A stretch of DNA of 30,334 bases from a virus. Taxonomy: Duplodnaviria; Caudoviricetes. Shown here piece after piece: positions 23,438 through 30,334 of the stretch (its first letter is position 1; each line of letters starts with the position of its first letter). The stretch lies in the IMG/VR virus record IMGVR_UViG_3300033475_000117, positions 1-30,334 of that record. One strand, given 5' to 3'. A program made the translations under genes and the position numbers. Under the pieces are notes generated by a model. The model was given only the letters and a program-made list of their open reading frames with translations. It was not told where the DNA came from and did no database searches.

Positions 23438-23477
23438 GTCAAGGGAGCCGTATCAGTTGTGGTGCGGCTCCCTTGAC
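23438..23477. repeat. Inverted repeat (18-bp stem with two G-U pairs)
   Basis: GTCAAGGGAGCCGTATCA-GTTG-TGGTGCGGCTCCCTTGAC; right arm overlaps the next -35. Confidence 0.8.
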
Positions 23478-23508
23478 GTTTCCGGGATCGACTGTGCTAC
23501 AGTCGATC
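23473..23508 (+). promoter_or_regulatory. Promoter TTGACG...TG-C-TACAGT (extended -10) overlapped by a perfect 10-bp inverted repeat
   Basis: -35 at 23473-23478, extended -10 at 23495-23503 (19-nt spacer, longer than usual); GATCGACTGT-GCT-ACAGTCGATC at 23486-23508. Confidence 0.6.
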
Positions 23509-23510
23509 TA

Positions 23511-23768
23511 GCCGTTCCGGAGCAGCAGTCCGCTTCCCCCGAGATGCACGAGGGATGAGGTCAGCGCCCGAGCGGTCAGCCCTACAACTCCGTTTGTGGC
23601 CGTCTCCCCAGCTGCTGCCACAGGAGGTAAACCGGCCGGTGCCGCTACGGTGGGCGTTAGCGGCGTTAAGCTTCTGGTCCGCGAAGTACCTTGGGCGGGC
23701 CAGGGGAGGGACCGCCCCTAGGTGGCAGTAGGGGTAACGCCGGGGCTCTGCCAGGCAACCGGAACGGT
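23511..23768 (+). ncRNA. Candidate ~260-nt structured non-coding RNA
   Basis: Starts at the predicted transcription start; ends pair (GCCGTTCCGG/CCGGAACGGT); nested helices CTGCTGCCAC/GTGGCAGTAG, GCCGCTA/TAGCGGC, CTGGTCCGC/GCGGGCCAG; no credible ORF. Confidence 0.55.
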
Positions 23769-23774
23769 CCTGAA

Positions 23775-23848
23775 CGCGGTGTAGAGCAGCACGGTAGCTC
23801 GCCTGGCTCATAACCAGGAGGTCTCCGGTTCAAATCCGGACACCGCTA
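23775..23848 (+). tRNA. tRNA-Met(CAT), initiator-type; CCA not encoded
   Basis: Cloverleaf: acceptor CGCGGTG/CACCGCT with C1-U72 mismatch, D stem GAGC/GCTC (A11-U24), anticodon arm CCTGG-CTCATAA-CCAGG, T arm TCCGG-TTCAAAT-CCGGA, discriminator A. Confidence 0.95.
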
Positions 23849-23852
23849 CGTA

Positions 23853-23987
23853 GGTGTGGGGCATTATGTGCGGGAAAGTGATACCGCAGCATTGAGCAAC
23901 TGCACTAAGGCTGGGTCTTGACGAGCGACACAACAAGCGCAGGTATCCGCGCCCTCCATCCTCTAGCCCTGTCCTGTGCCCCACACC
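23853..23987 (+). ncRNA. Candidate ~135-nt structured RNA 3' of the tRNA
   Basis: Perfect 11-bp terminal pairing GGTGTGGGGCA/TGCCCCACACC; internal TGCGG/CCGCA hairpin. Confidence 0.4.
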
Positions 23988-24019
23988 GTAAATCTCGTTC
24001 AAGCTGTGGTCATCAGCAC

Positions 24020-24048
24020 TTGACGACGGGAACCCTCCCCTGTAACGT
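24020..24048 (+). promoter_or_regulatory. Promoter TTGACG-N17-TAACGT
   Basis: Near-consensus -35/-10 with 17-nt spacer upstream of the ParB-like gene. Confidence 0.7.
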
Positions 24049-24141
24049 GATCCACGTGTTCAGTACTAAGGTACTGAACATGAGCTAAGCTTCTGGCTGT
24101 ACGGAGCAGTCATCAGCATAGGGGAGGTAACAGCTGCCATC

Positions 24142-25071
24142 ATGACGACGATGCTGGCTATCAAGTTCATCGAGCATGCCAATCCGGCCTGGGCACGCAG
24201 CCAGATCGGGCCACTGGCAGACCTCAAGGCCGACATCAAGAAGAACGGGATCCAACAGCCAATCCTCATCAAGCGGGACTTCCTGATGATCGATGGGGCG
24301 CGGCGTCTGGTTGCAGCAAAGGCGCTGCACATGGCAGATGTACCGGTGACGTACTGTGACAACTGGGCCACTGTTATGGCCGAGTTCCACCCGAACCGAC
24401 CCGATTGTCTGCCGATGGACTGGCCCGATCTTCTAGACTTCTGGGTCAATGTACTGAAGCCGATGCAGACCGAAACTCGCTGGGAGCGCGCAATCGCTAC
24501 CAGGCGCACTAACGCTGCGATCGGAGAGCGCGCCGGGAACCCGGTGTACTCACAGTTCCTTCTGGATCTGGCAAAGATCTATGAGGTAGAGCCGGCAACG
24601 GTCAAGATCCTGCGGGACACCATGTCCAAGCTTCGCAAGGAACGAGACCGCTTCCCGAAGTTCGTAGACGGTGTCCTTGCCACTCTCCCGAGCGGCGAAG
24701 CGGCGCGCGAACTCCTCAAGGGAGTCGCCATCAAGTCCCTGTTCGAACGAGTCATCGCTGGGTCTCTCAGCGAAGACGAGGGACTGGTCATGTTTGGCGT
24801 GAAGATGCGCCAAGAACCAATGAAGGCCGTCAAGCGGGCTTCCCCCATCAGGTTCGACCCAACGGCTCCAGCAACGACGCTGGCGCAGTTGGAGAGCCTC
24901 GTTGAGATCCTGGAACGTGTGGGACCCCAGGCTTCCGAGTTCGTGAACTTCAAGATCGAGCACGACGACATCATCGCGTTGTCCCAGCGCATGGGGCACG
25001 TTCTATCGCAACTCAGCGGTATGCGCCGACGATTGGATATCTCGGCGGCCCGCCTCTCGGAGAAGAAGTAG
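24142..25071 (+). CDS. ParB N-terminal-domain protein
   Basis: LKADIKKNGIQQPILI...IDGARRLVAAKAL...VPV is the ParB/Srx fold motif; GGGGAGG RBS; possible HTH (LAKIYEVEPATV). Confidence 0.8.
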   Translation: MTTMLAIKFIEHANPAWARSQIGPLADLKADIKKNGIQQPILIKRDFLMIDGARRLVAAKALHMADVPVTYCDNWATVMAEFHPNRPDCLPMDWPDLLDFWVNVLKPMQTETRWERAIATRRTNAAIGERAGNPVYSQFLLDLAKIYEVEPATVKILRDTMSKLRKERDRFPKFVDGVLATLPSGEAARELLKGVAIKSLFERVIAGSLSEDEGLVMFGVKMRQEPMKAVKRASPIRFDPTAPATTLAQLESLVEILERVGPQASEFVNFKIEHDDIIALSQRMGHVLSQLSGMRRRLDISAARLSEKK

Positions 25072-25082
25072 GAGCAGGGCGT

Positions 25083-26093
25083 ATGACTCGCAGTAGCCTC
25101 AAGGCCACCAGCACCCCGTTCACTGTCCCCTCACCGACCAAGTCGACTGAGGATGTCGACCCGGTCGACATCAGCCGGGGCTTCGTCGGCAGCAACCCGA
25201 ACCACTTCGTTCGGCTGGAGTGGCTCTCGATCGACGAACTCGACATCGACCCGACCATTCAGCGGGGCGAGGAGACCACCGAGATCAACAAGATCGTCGC
25301 CAACTTCAACCCGGCCGCGCTGGGCACGCTGACGGCGGCGGCGCGCGAGACCCGCCACGGGTCGAGCGTGGTCAAGACCTACTCCCTGCTCGACGGTCAG
25401 CAGCGGCGCAAGGTCCTGCTGATCATGCGCGAACTGGAGCGCTACGACGAACTGCTGCCGGTCCTCGTGCACTACAACCTGGAGATCGAGGAGCAGGCGG
25501 CGCTGTTCCTGGCGCTGAACTTCCGGCGCAGTGTCGGCCTCATGGCGCAGTTCAAGGCCCGCCTCACGATGAAGGAGCCGCAGGCTCTGGGCATCAAGGA
25601 GATCCTCGACGGCCTGGGCATCTCGTTCGGTAAGCCGCCGAGGGGCTTCATGGCGATCGGCCGCGCCGACGCCATCTACGGCCAGCCGGGCGGCGCCGAC
25701 CGCCTCAAGTGGGCGCTCCAGATGGTCCACGACGTCTTCGACGAGGACGGCAAGGGCGGCTGCTATGACGGCCGCGTGATCGAGGCCTTCGCCCTGATCC
25801 ACAAGGCATTCGTTCCCGAGCACCTCGACCAGGGCCGCCTGGTCCGCGCACTGATGTCCAAGACCTCGCTGGTGAACAAGCTCATCGGCATGGGTCACAC
25901 CCGGCAGGAGATCAACGGCGGCCTGATCGCCTTCAACATCGCCGAGGCCATCCTCAGCATCTACAACACCTCCAAGACGGACGGCGCCCGCACCGCTCGT
26001 CGTGGCCGGCTGGTTCTGCCTCGGGGCAAGAACGCCGCCGTGGTCGCGCCCGAGGAAGACGACACCGAGGGCACCGACTCCACCGAGGAGTAG
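25083..26093 (+). CDS. DUF6551-like ParB-fold protein
   Basis: IDELDIDPTIQR...KIVANFNPAALG...LLDGQQR...EEQAALFLALN; AGGAG RBS. Confidence 0.75.
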   Translation: MTRSSLKATSTPFTVPSPTKSTEDVDPVDISRGFVGSNPNHFVRLEWLSIDELDIDPTIQRGEETTEINKIVANFNPAALGTLTAAARETRHGSSVVKTYSLLDGQQRRKVLLIMRELERYDELLPVLVHYNLEIEEQAALFLALNFRRSVGLMAQFKARLTMKEPQALGIKEILDGLGISFGKPPRGFMAIGRADAIYGQPGGADRLKWALQMVHDVFDEDGKGGCYDGRVIEAFALIHKAFVPEHLDQGRLVRALMSKTSLVNKLIGMGHTRQEINGGLIAFNIAEAILSIYNTSKTDGARTARRGRLVLPRGKNAAVVAPEEDDTEGTDSTEE

Positions 26094-26113
26094 TCGCCGG
26101 CAAGAGCACGAAT

Positions 26114-26152
26114 AGAAACGCCCAGCCTGTCGTAAGCGGGCTGGGTGTTTCT
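26114..26152 (+). terminator. Terminator-like hairpin
   Basis: AGAAACGCCCAGCCTGT-CGTAA-GCGGGCTGGGTGTTTCT, 20 nt after the stop. Confidence 0.7.
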
Positions 26153-26157
26153 GTCGT

Positions 26158-26952
26158 ATGGGTGGAGTACCTTTCCCGGCCATGGATATGGACTTCGCCG
26201 CCCTGGATCCGAATCCAGCCGCCACCCGATTAAAGAGGGATCTACAGGACATCATCCTGTGGAATGAGCGCTCTTCTCCGCGATCCAGACAGCGGGCAAT
26301 CGGTCCGTCCGAAGTGGGCGATCCCTGCGACCGACGCATTGCCTACCGCATAGCAGGAGTTGATCCGGTCAACGTGGAGGGAGACCCGTGGCCGGCGATC
26401 GTCGGTACCTCGATCCATGCTTGGTTGGAGCGGGCCATCACTCGCTATCAGCGGGAGAAGGGCGACCACGGCTGGCTCACCGAGGCCAGGGTCCGACCCA
26501 ACGACATGGTCTCGGGAAGCTCGGACCTGTTCCACGTGCCCTCCGGCACGGTGGTCGACTGGAAGACCACGAACGCGGAGACCATCAAGAAGCTGAACAG
26601 GGGTGGGGCACCCTCTCCTGCCTACGTCACCCAGATCAACCTGTACGGTCTCGGGCACGAGCGCGCCGGGCGCGAAGTGAAAAATGTCTGCCTCGTCTAC
26701 CTCGCCAGATCCGGCTGGCTGAATGATGCCTTTGTCTGGCATGCCCCATATGATCGAGAAATCGCGACCAAGGCGCTAGATCGTCTGTACCGAATCGGTT
26801 TTCAACTCATCGATCTAGACATCGAACGACACCCAGAAAACTTCGCGTCCATACTTCCCACCGCCGGGGATGGCTGCGTATGGTGTCCCATGTTCAACCG
26901 AGACATGGACCCGGAAATCTCCGCATCTCAGCTGGGGTGCCCGGGTAGATGA
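26158..26952 (+). CDS. Cas4/RecB-like PD-(D/E)xK exonuclease
   Basis: IGPSEVGDPCDRR, GTSIH, SGSSD, VVDWKT, QINLYG and terminal CVWC...C (1+3 Cys arrangement typical of Fe-S-binding Cas4/AddB-like nucleases). Confidence 0.85.
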   Translation: MGGVPFPAMDMDFAALDPNPAATRLKRDLQDIILWNERSSPRSRQRAIGPSEVGDPCDRRIAYRIAGVDPVNVEGDPWPAIVGTSIHAWLERAITRYQREKGDHGWLTEARVRPNDMVSGSSDLFHVPSGTVVDWKTTNAETIKKLNRGGAPSPAYVTQINLYGLGHERAGREVKNVCLVYLARSGWLNDAFVWHAPYDREIATKALDRLYRIGFQLIDLDIERHPENFASILPTAGDGCVWCPMFNRDMDPEISASQLGCPGR

Positions 26953-26963
26953 AAGGAGATTCG

Positions 26964-27251
26964 GTGAGCGACTGGCACGAGGAAATGACGGCCGCCGTTA
27001 ACCGTCGCAGGCTCGCGATCAATGGCGAGACGCGCTGGACAAAGAAGCGGCTGCAGGCCGAAGCGACGATCGCGCGGCTCAGCGCACAGCGCCCTGCCAC
27101 CGTTGAAGAGCAGCCAGAGCCAGAGGCGCAGGCTGCCGAGATCCGGTCCTCTCTCACAGCGGACGTGGCGCCGATCTTCGGCGTGAGCAGTTCCCCCTTC
27201 GCCCCTGAGGGCGACCTGATCGGGAATCTCGACTCCGGCACAGTGGCCTGA
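26964..27251 (+). CDS. Hypothetical protein
   Basis: AAAGGAG RBS before GTG 26964 (alternative ATG 26949 overlapping the previous stop). Confidence 0.55.
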   Translation: MSDWHEEMTAAVNRRRLAINGETRWTKKRLQAEATIARLSAQRPATVEEQPEPEAQAAEIRSSLTADVAPIFGVSSSPFAPEGDLIGNLDSGTVA

Positions 27252-27309
27252 AAAACGGTCTCAAGAAACACGCGCAGAAACTTAGCACAAGGAACGGGGA
27301 CAAGAAACA

Positions 27310-28179
27310 ATGAGTCAATTCAGTGAAGAGGAATGGGGGCAAGTCACCGATTCTTCGGGCGACTTTGCTCGCGTGGACCAGTTAGCCGGGCACTTACTCA
27401 TCGTCTTCCCGATCGGCTACATCGACCATCACCCGACCCGGTTCACGCAGCCGGGCAAGAAGAGCGACGTTGTCGTCTGTGACCTCGTGGACCTGGACGC
27501 CCAGGACGAGGCCACTGGCGCAGTAGGCAAGGTCTACCGCAACGCCTGGTGGCGCCAGTCCCAGCTGATCGTGAGCCTGCGCCCGTGGATCGGCAAGCGG
27601 GTGCTCGGCCGTCTCGGCAAGGGCATCAGCAGGAACGGCATGAACGCGCCGTGGATCCTCAACGACGCCGTGCAGGAGCCGGGCGCGATCGACCGGGCCA
27701 AGCAGTGGGCAGCCGCGAACCCGGGCTTCGCCATCAGCCAGTTCTCCCCGCCGACGCTCGCCCCGGTTGCCCCGGCGCCAGCGCAGCAGGCGCCCGCGTA
27801 CGGTCAGGCACCGAACTACGGAGGCCCATCCAACGCTCCGGCTCAGCAGCCTGGCCAGTACCAGCCGGCGCCGGCCTACGCCCAGCAGGGCGGGTATCAG
27901 CAGACTCCGCCACCGCCGTCGCCCGACCCATGGGCGAACACCACTGCCCCGGATCCATGGGCTCAGTCCTTCCCGGCGCCGCAGCCACAACAGGTAGGGC
28001 CGCAGGGATACCAGCAGCCACAACAGGTGCCGCCGAACTACCAGCCGGTGCAGCCTCCAGCGTTCCCCATCAATGGCGGCCAGCAGCAGGACCCATCGAT
28101 GCTGGCGATGATGAGGGCCGAGCGCGAGCGGCGCGAGGCCGGCTACCAGCAGGGCCAGGGGGACCAGCCCCCGTTCTAA
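27310..28179 (+). CDS. Putative single-stranded-DNA-binding protein with Pro/Gln-rich tail
   Basis: About 140-aa globular N-terminal domain, long P/Q/G-rich linker, C-terminal DQPPF resembling SSB acidic tips; sits between exonuclease and primase-helicase. Confidence 0.55.
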   Translation: MSQFSEEEWGQVTDSSGDFARVDQLAGHLLIVFPIGYIDHHPTRFTQPGKKSDVVVCDLVDLDAQDEATGAVGKVYRNAWWRQSQLIVSLRPWIGKRVLGRLGKGISRNGMNAPWILNDAVQEPGAIDRAKQWAAANPGFAISQFSPPTLAPVAPAPAQQAPAYGQAPNYGGPSNAPAQQPGQYQPAPAYAQQGGYQQTPPPPSPDPWANTTAPDPWAQSFPAPQPQQVGPQGYQQPQQVPPNYQPVQPPAFPINGGQQQDPSMLAMMRAERERREAGYQQGQGDQPPF

Positions 28180-28199
28180 TGCCCCTCTCCGCAACATGA

Positions 28200-28247
28200 T
28201 GCGACCCCTGCAGCAGCCCGTGGGCTTTAGCTGATGCAGGGGTCGCA
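28200..28247. repeat. Strong inverted repeat (perfect 13-bp arms), possible terminator
   Basis: TGCGACCCCTGCA...TGCAGGGGTCGCA, 20 nt after the SSB-like stop; no U tract. Confidence 0.7.
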
Positions 28248-28425
28248 CGTGCTCCGGAGAAGAGGAGTAACGACATCCTACAGACCACACGGGACTAGCG
28301 GCCGGAAACCTCTCAGGTCTACAGTCACGGGTACCGCACTTCAGTCCAGCCTCATGCCGGGGCACGGTTGTCTTGGCATCTACTGGCGTTTATACCCTCG
28401 CGCTGATTGCTCCAGGAGGCTTGCT

Positions 28426-30334
28426 GTGACTGAGGAAGCCGTTTCTCCGTCCTTCTTCAGTCATGACAACATCGCGGCGCCGTGGTATTTGGCCGGTTGT
28501 TCCGTCGTACCAATTCGACCCGACGGGCAAAAGCGACCATATATCACGTGGAGTGCCTTACAGCGAGAAGTCGCCACGCCGCAGGACGTCAGGATGTGGT
28601 TCCAGGGCTACTACCAGGATCCTGGCGTCGCGGTCATTTGCGGCAAGATCTCCGGCAACCTGGAGATGTTGGAGCTTGAGGGCCGGGCCAACACCACTGA
28701 AATCATCAATCTGATCGACCGGGCCTGCGAGGAGGCCGGCGTCAGCCAGATCTGGCGTCGGCTTCTGGACAGCGGGTACTCCGAGGTCACACCGGCCGGC
28801 GGCCTGCACCTCTTCTACTACATCTCCGATCACGACGTCCCCGGCAACGAGAAGATCGCCTCCCGGCCGGCTACCGAGGATGAGTACACAGCCGACGAAC
28901 GCGTTCTGCTGCAACAGAATCCAGGCCGACAACCGGTCCGTGTTCTGGTCGAGACGCGCGGCGAGGGTGGCTATGTCATCGTGGCACCGACCGCAGGGCG
29001 GTGTCACCCGAGCGGCCGTCCGTGGGTCACCAAGACTGGTGTCCCTGGTCAGTTCCTCGTTCTCAATTGGGAGCAGCGGTGCCTACTGCACCAGACGATC
29101 CGCTCCGTGCTCAACGTCCCGACTACTCAGGAACTAGTACCTGTTACTGAACAAACGCCTCGGCCAGAGCGTGACCCTAACGCTCCCCTGTCGCCGGTAG
29201 AGGACTTCAACGAGCGAGCCTCCTGGTACGACTCATGGTTCATGGGCCAGGGCTGGTCGGTCCACCACCGTGGCGTTGACGGGGAGATCTTCTGGTGTCG
29301 CCCTGGCAAGGACCCGTCCGAGCAGCACGCCGCCTCGACCGGTGTCCGGGACGGTGGCCAGGACTGCTTGTACGTCTGGTCGACATCGACGTCTCTGCAG
29401 ACTGAGGTGCCGCTGACCAAATTTATGGTCTTCGCTCACTATCGGTTCAATGACGACCGGTCCGCCGCCGCCAGATGGTTGCAGCGCAACGGATATGGCC
29501 CGCCGCTGCACCCGCCGGCACCGCCGCTGCAAGAGTTGGACCTTGGTCCAGACGGCGAACTGATAGCTGACGGGGATCCTGGCGGAGCCCTGGAGGAACG
29601 CCGCGAGTTAGAGCTTCACCACCTGGAGGCGGTCGAACGGGACTTAACCGGTGGGATCGTACTGACGGACACGGGCTACGCATTACGGATGCGCGATCGC
29701 TACGGTCGGGTCCTGCGGTACAACACCACTACCAGGAACTGGTACATGTTCAGCGGCGGCACCGGTAAGTGGGAAGAAGATAAGTACAGCTTCGTCGATG
29801 AAGCAGGCAAGGTCATTGCCGACGAGACGTACGACTGGATGCGGCGCTTCGGGGACAGGTTCGCAGGCGACGAGGACTTAGCGAAGACGGTCAAGTCACT
29901 GGTCAGGCAAGCTCAGCAAGGACTGAACCACCAACGAATGCAGAACATGCTCGGACGGTTCCGGGCAACAGAAGGTATCGCAGCAGCCGGCGCAGACTTC
30001 GACGCTTCCCCAGACCTCCTGAACCTCCGTAACGGCACACTGAGCCTGACCAGCTACGAGATGCGCCCCCACAATCCCGACGACATGCTGACGTGCTCCT
30101 TCAACGCGAACTACTCCGAAGGCGCAGACTGCCCGAACTTCCAGAAGTACCTCAACGACGTTTTTCCAGACCCAGAGGTACAGGCCTACATCCAACGGGC
30201 ACTTGGGTACAGCCTCTGCGGCCGTCCTGGTGAGCGAGCCCTGTTCCTGCTGCACGGTCCGTCCGGCACCGGTAAGTCCGTGTTCGTCGAGGTCATGTCG
30301 AACCTGTTCGGAGACTACGGCGTCACGTCTCCAT
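28426..30334 (+). CDS. Bifunctional primase/polymerase (Prim-Pol) fused to P4/D5-type SF3 helicase, 3' end outside window
   Basis: Not in ORF track (no stop in window). AGGAGG then GTG 28426; GCSVVPIRPDGQKRP, GKISGNLEMLELEG, TPAGGLHLFY, ETRGEGGYVIVAPT, D5_N-like FDASPDLLNLRNG...HNPDDMLT, and Walker A GPSGTGKS near 30256-30279 in the same frame. Confidence 0.9.
   Translation, partial: MTEEAVSPSFFSHDNIAAPWYLAGCSVVPIRPDGQKRPYITWSALQREVATPQDVRMWFQGYYQDPGVAVICGKISGNLEMLELEGRANTTEIINLIDRACEEAGVSQIWRRLLDSGYSEVTPAGGLHLFYYISDHDVPGNEKIASRPATEDEYTADERVLLQQNPGRQPVRVLVETRGEGGYVIVAPTAGRCHPSGRPWVTKTGVPGQFLVLNWEQRCLLHQTIRSVLNVPTTQELVPVTEQTPRPERDPNAPLSPVEDFNERASWYDSWFMGQGWSVHHRGVDGEIFWCRPGKDPSEQHAASTGVRDGGQDCLYVWSTSTSLQTEVPLTKFMVFAHYRFNDDRSAAARWLQRNGYGPPLHPPAPPLQELDLGPDGELIADGDPGGALEERRELELHHLEAVERDLTGGIVLTDTGYALRMRDRYGRVLRYNTTTRNWYMFSGGTGKWEEDKYSFVDEAGKVIADETYDWMRRFGDRFAGDEDLAKTVKSLVRQAQQGLNHQRMQNMLGRFRATEGIAAAGADFDASPDLLNLRNGTLSLTSYEMRPHNPDDMLTCSFNANYSEGADCPNFQKYLNDVFPDPEVQAYIQRALGYSLCGRPGERALFLLHGPSGTGKSVFVEVMSNLFGDYGVTSP

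Noticed and set aside
23511-23768. tmRNA, SRP RNA or RNase P RNA identity for the structured region
   Set aside because: No tRNA-like ends or tag frame, no SRP helix-8 motif and no RNase P P4 consensus recognised by eye; a covariance search is still needed.
23326-24002. Short ORFs 23326-23511, 23497-23811 and 23808-24002
   Set aside because: They translate the pentamer tract, promoters, structured RNA or the antisense of the tRNA, and show no protein-like features.
26158-26952. CRISPR-Cas system suggested by the Cas4-like gene
   Set aside because: No repeat-spacer array or other cas genes; solo Cas4-like exonucleases are common in phage replication modules.
25131-28365. Long minus-strand ORFs 25131-26339 and 27394-28365
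   Set aside because: Antisense shadows of well-supported + strand genes.

Overview
High-GC tailed-phage DNA, most consistent with an actinobacteriophage or its prophage; no integrase or host genes are visible. Left part, minus strand, read right to left: large terminase (21859-23310), then an opposite-strand block of small genes, then a DUF1360 membrane protein, portal, MuF, a capsid-maturation-protease-like protein fused to a complete Dps (mini-ferritin) domain, a second head-assembly protein with a DUF6582 insert, and a giant ORF of at least 3772 codons (11317 to past position 1). The ORF track omits the giant ORF because it has no stop in the window. Hand translation of segments shows two VIP2-like ADP-ribosyltransferase domains (one degenerate, one with R-STS-E intact), an HExxH...E-x-FAE zinc metallopeptidase, and many winged-helix, HeH and SH3-like modules joined by Lys/Ala-rich linkers, i.e. 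a polyvalent protein inside the head operon. Right part, plus strand: a non-coding block (GGYNN pentamer tract, promoter, a candidate ~260-nt structured RNA, an initiator-type tRNA-Met with an altered anticodon stem, a second candidate ~135-nt RNA), two ParB-fold genes, a Cas4/RecB-like exonuclease, an SSB-like protein and a Prim-Pol/SF3 primase-helicase running off the right edge. Family assignments rest on motif recognition by eye; no searches were run.
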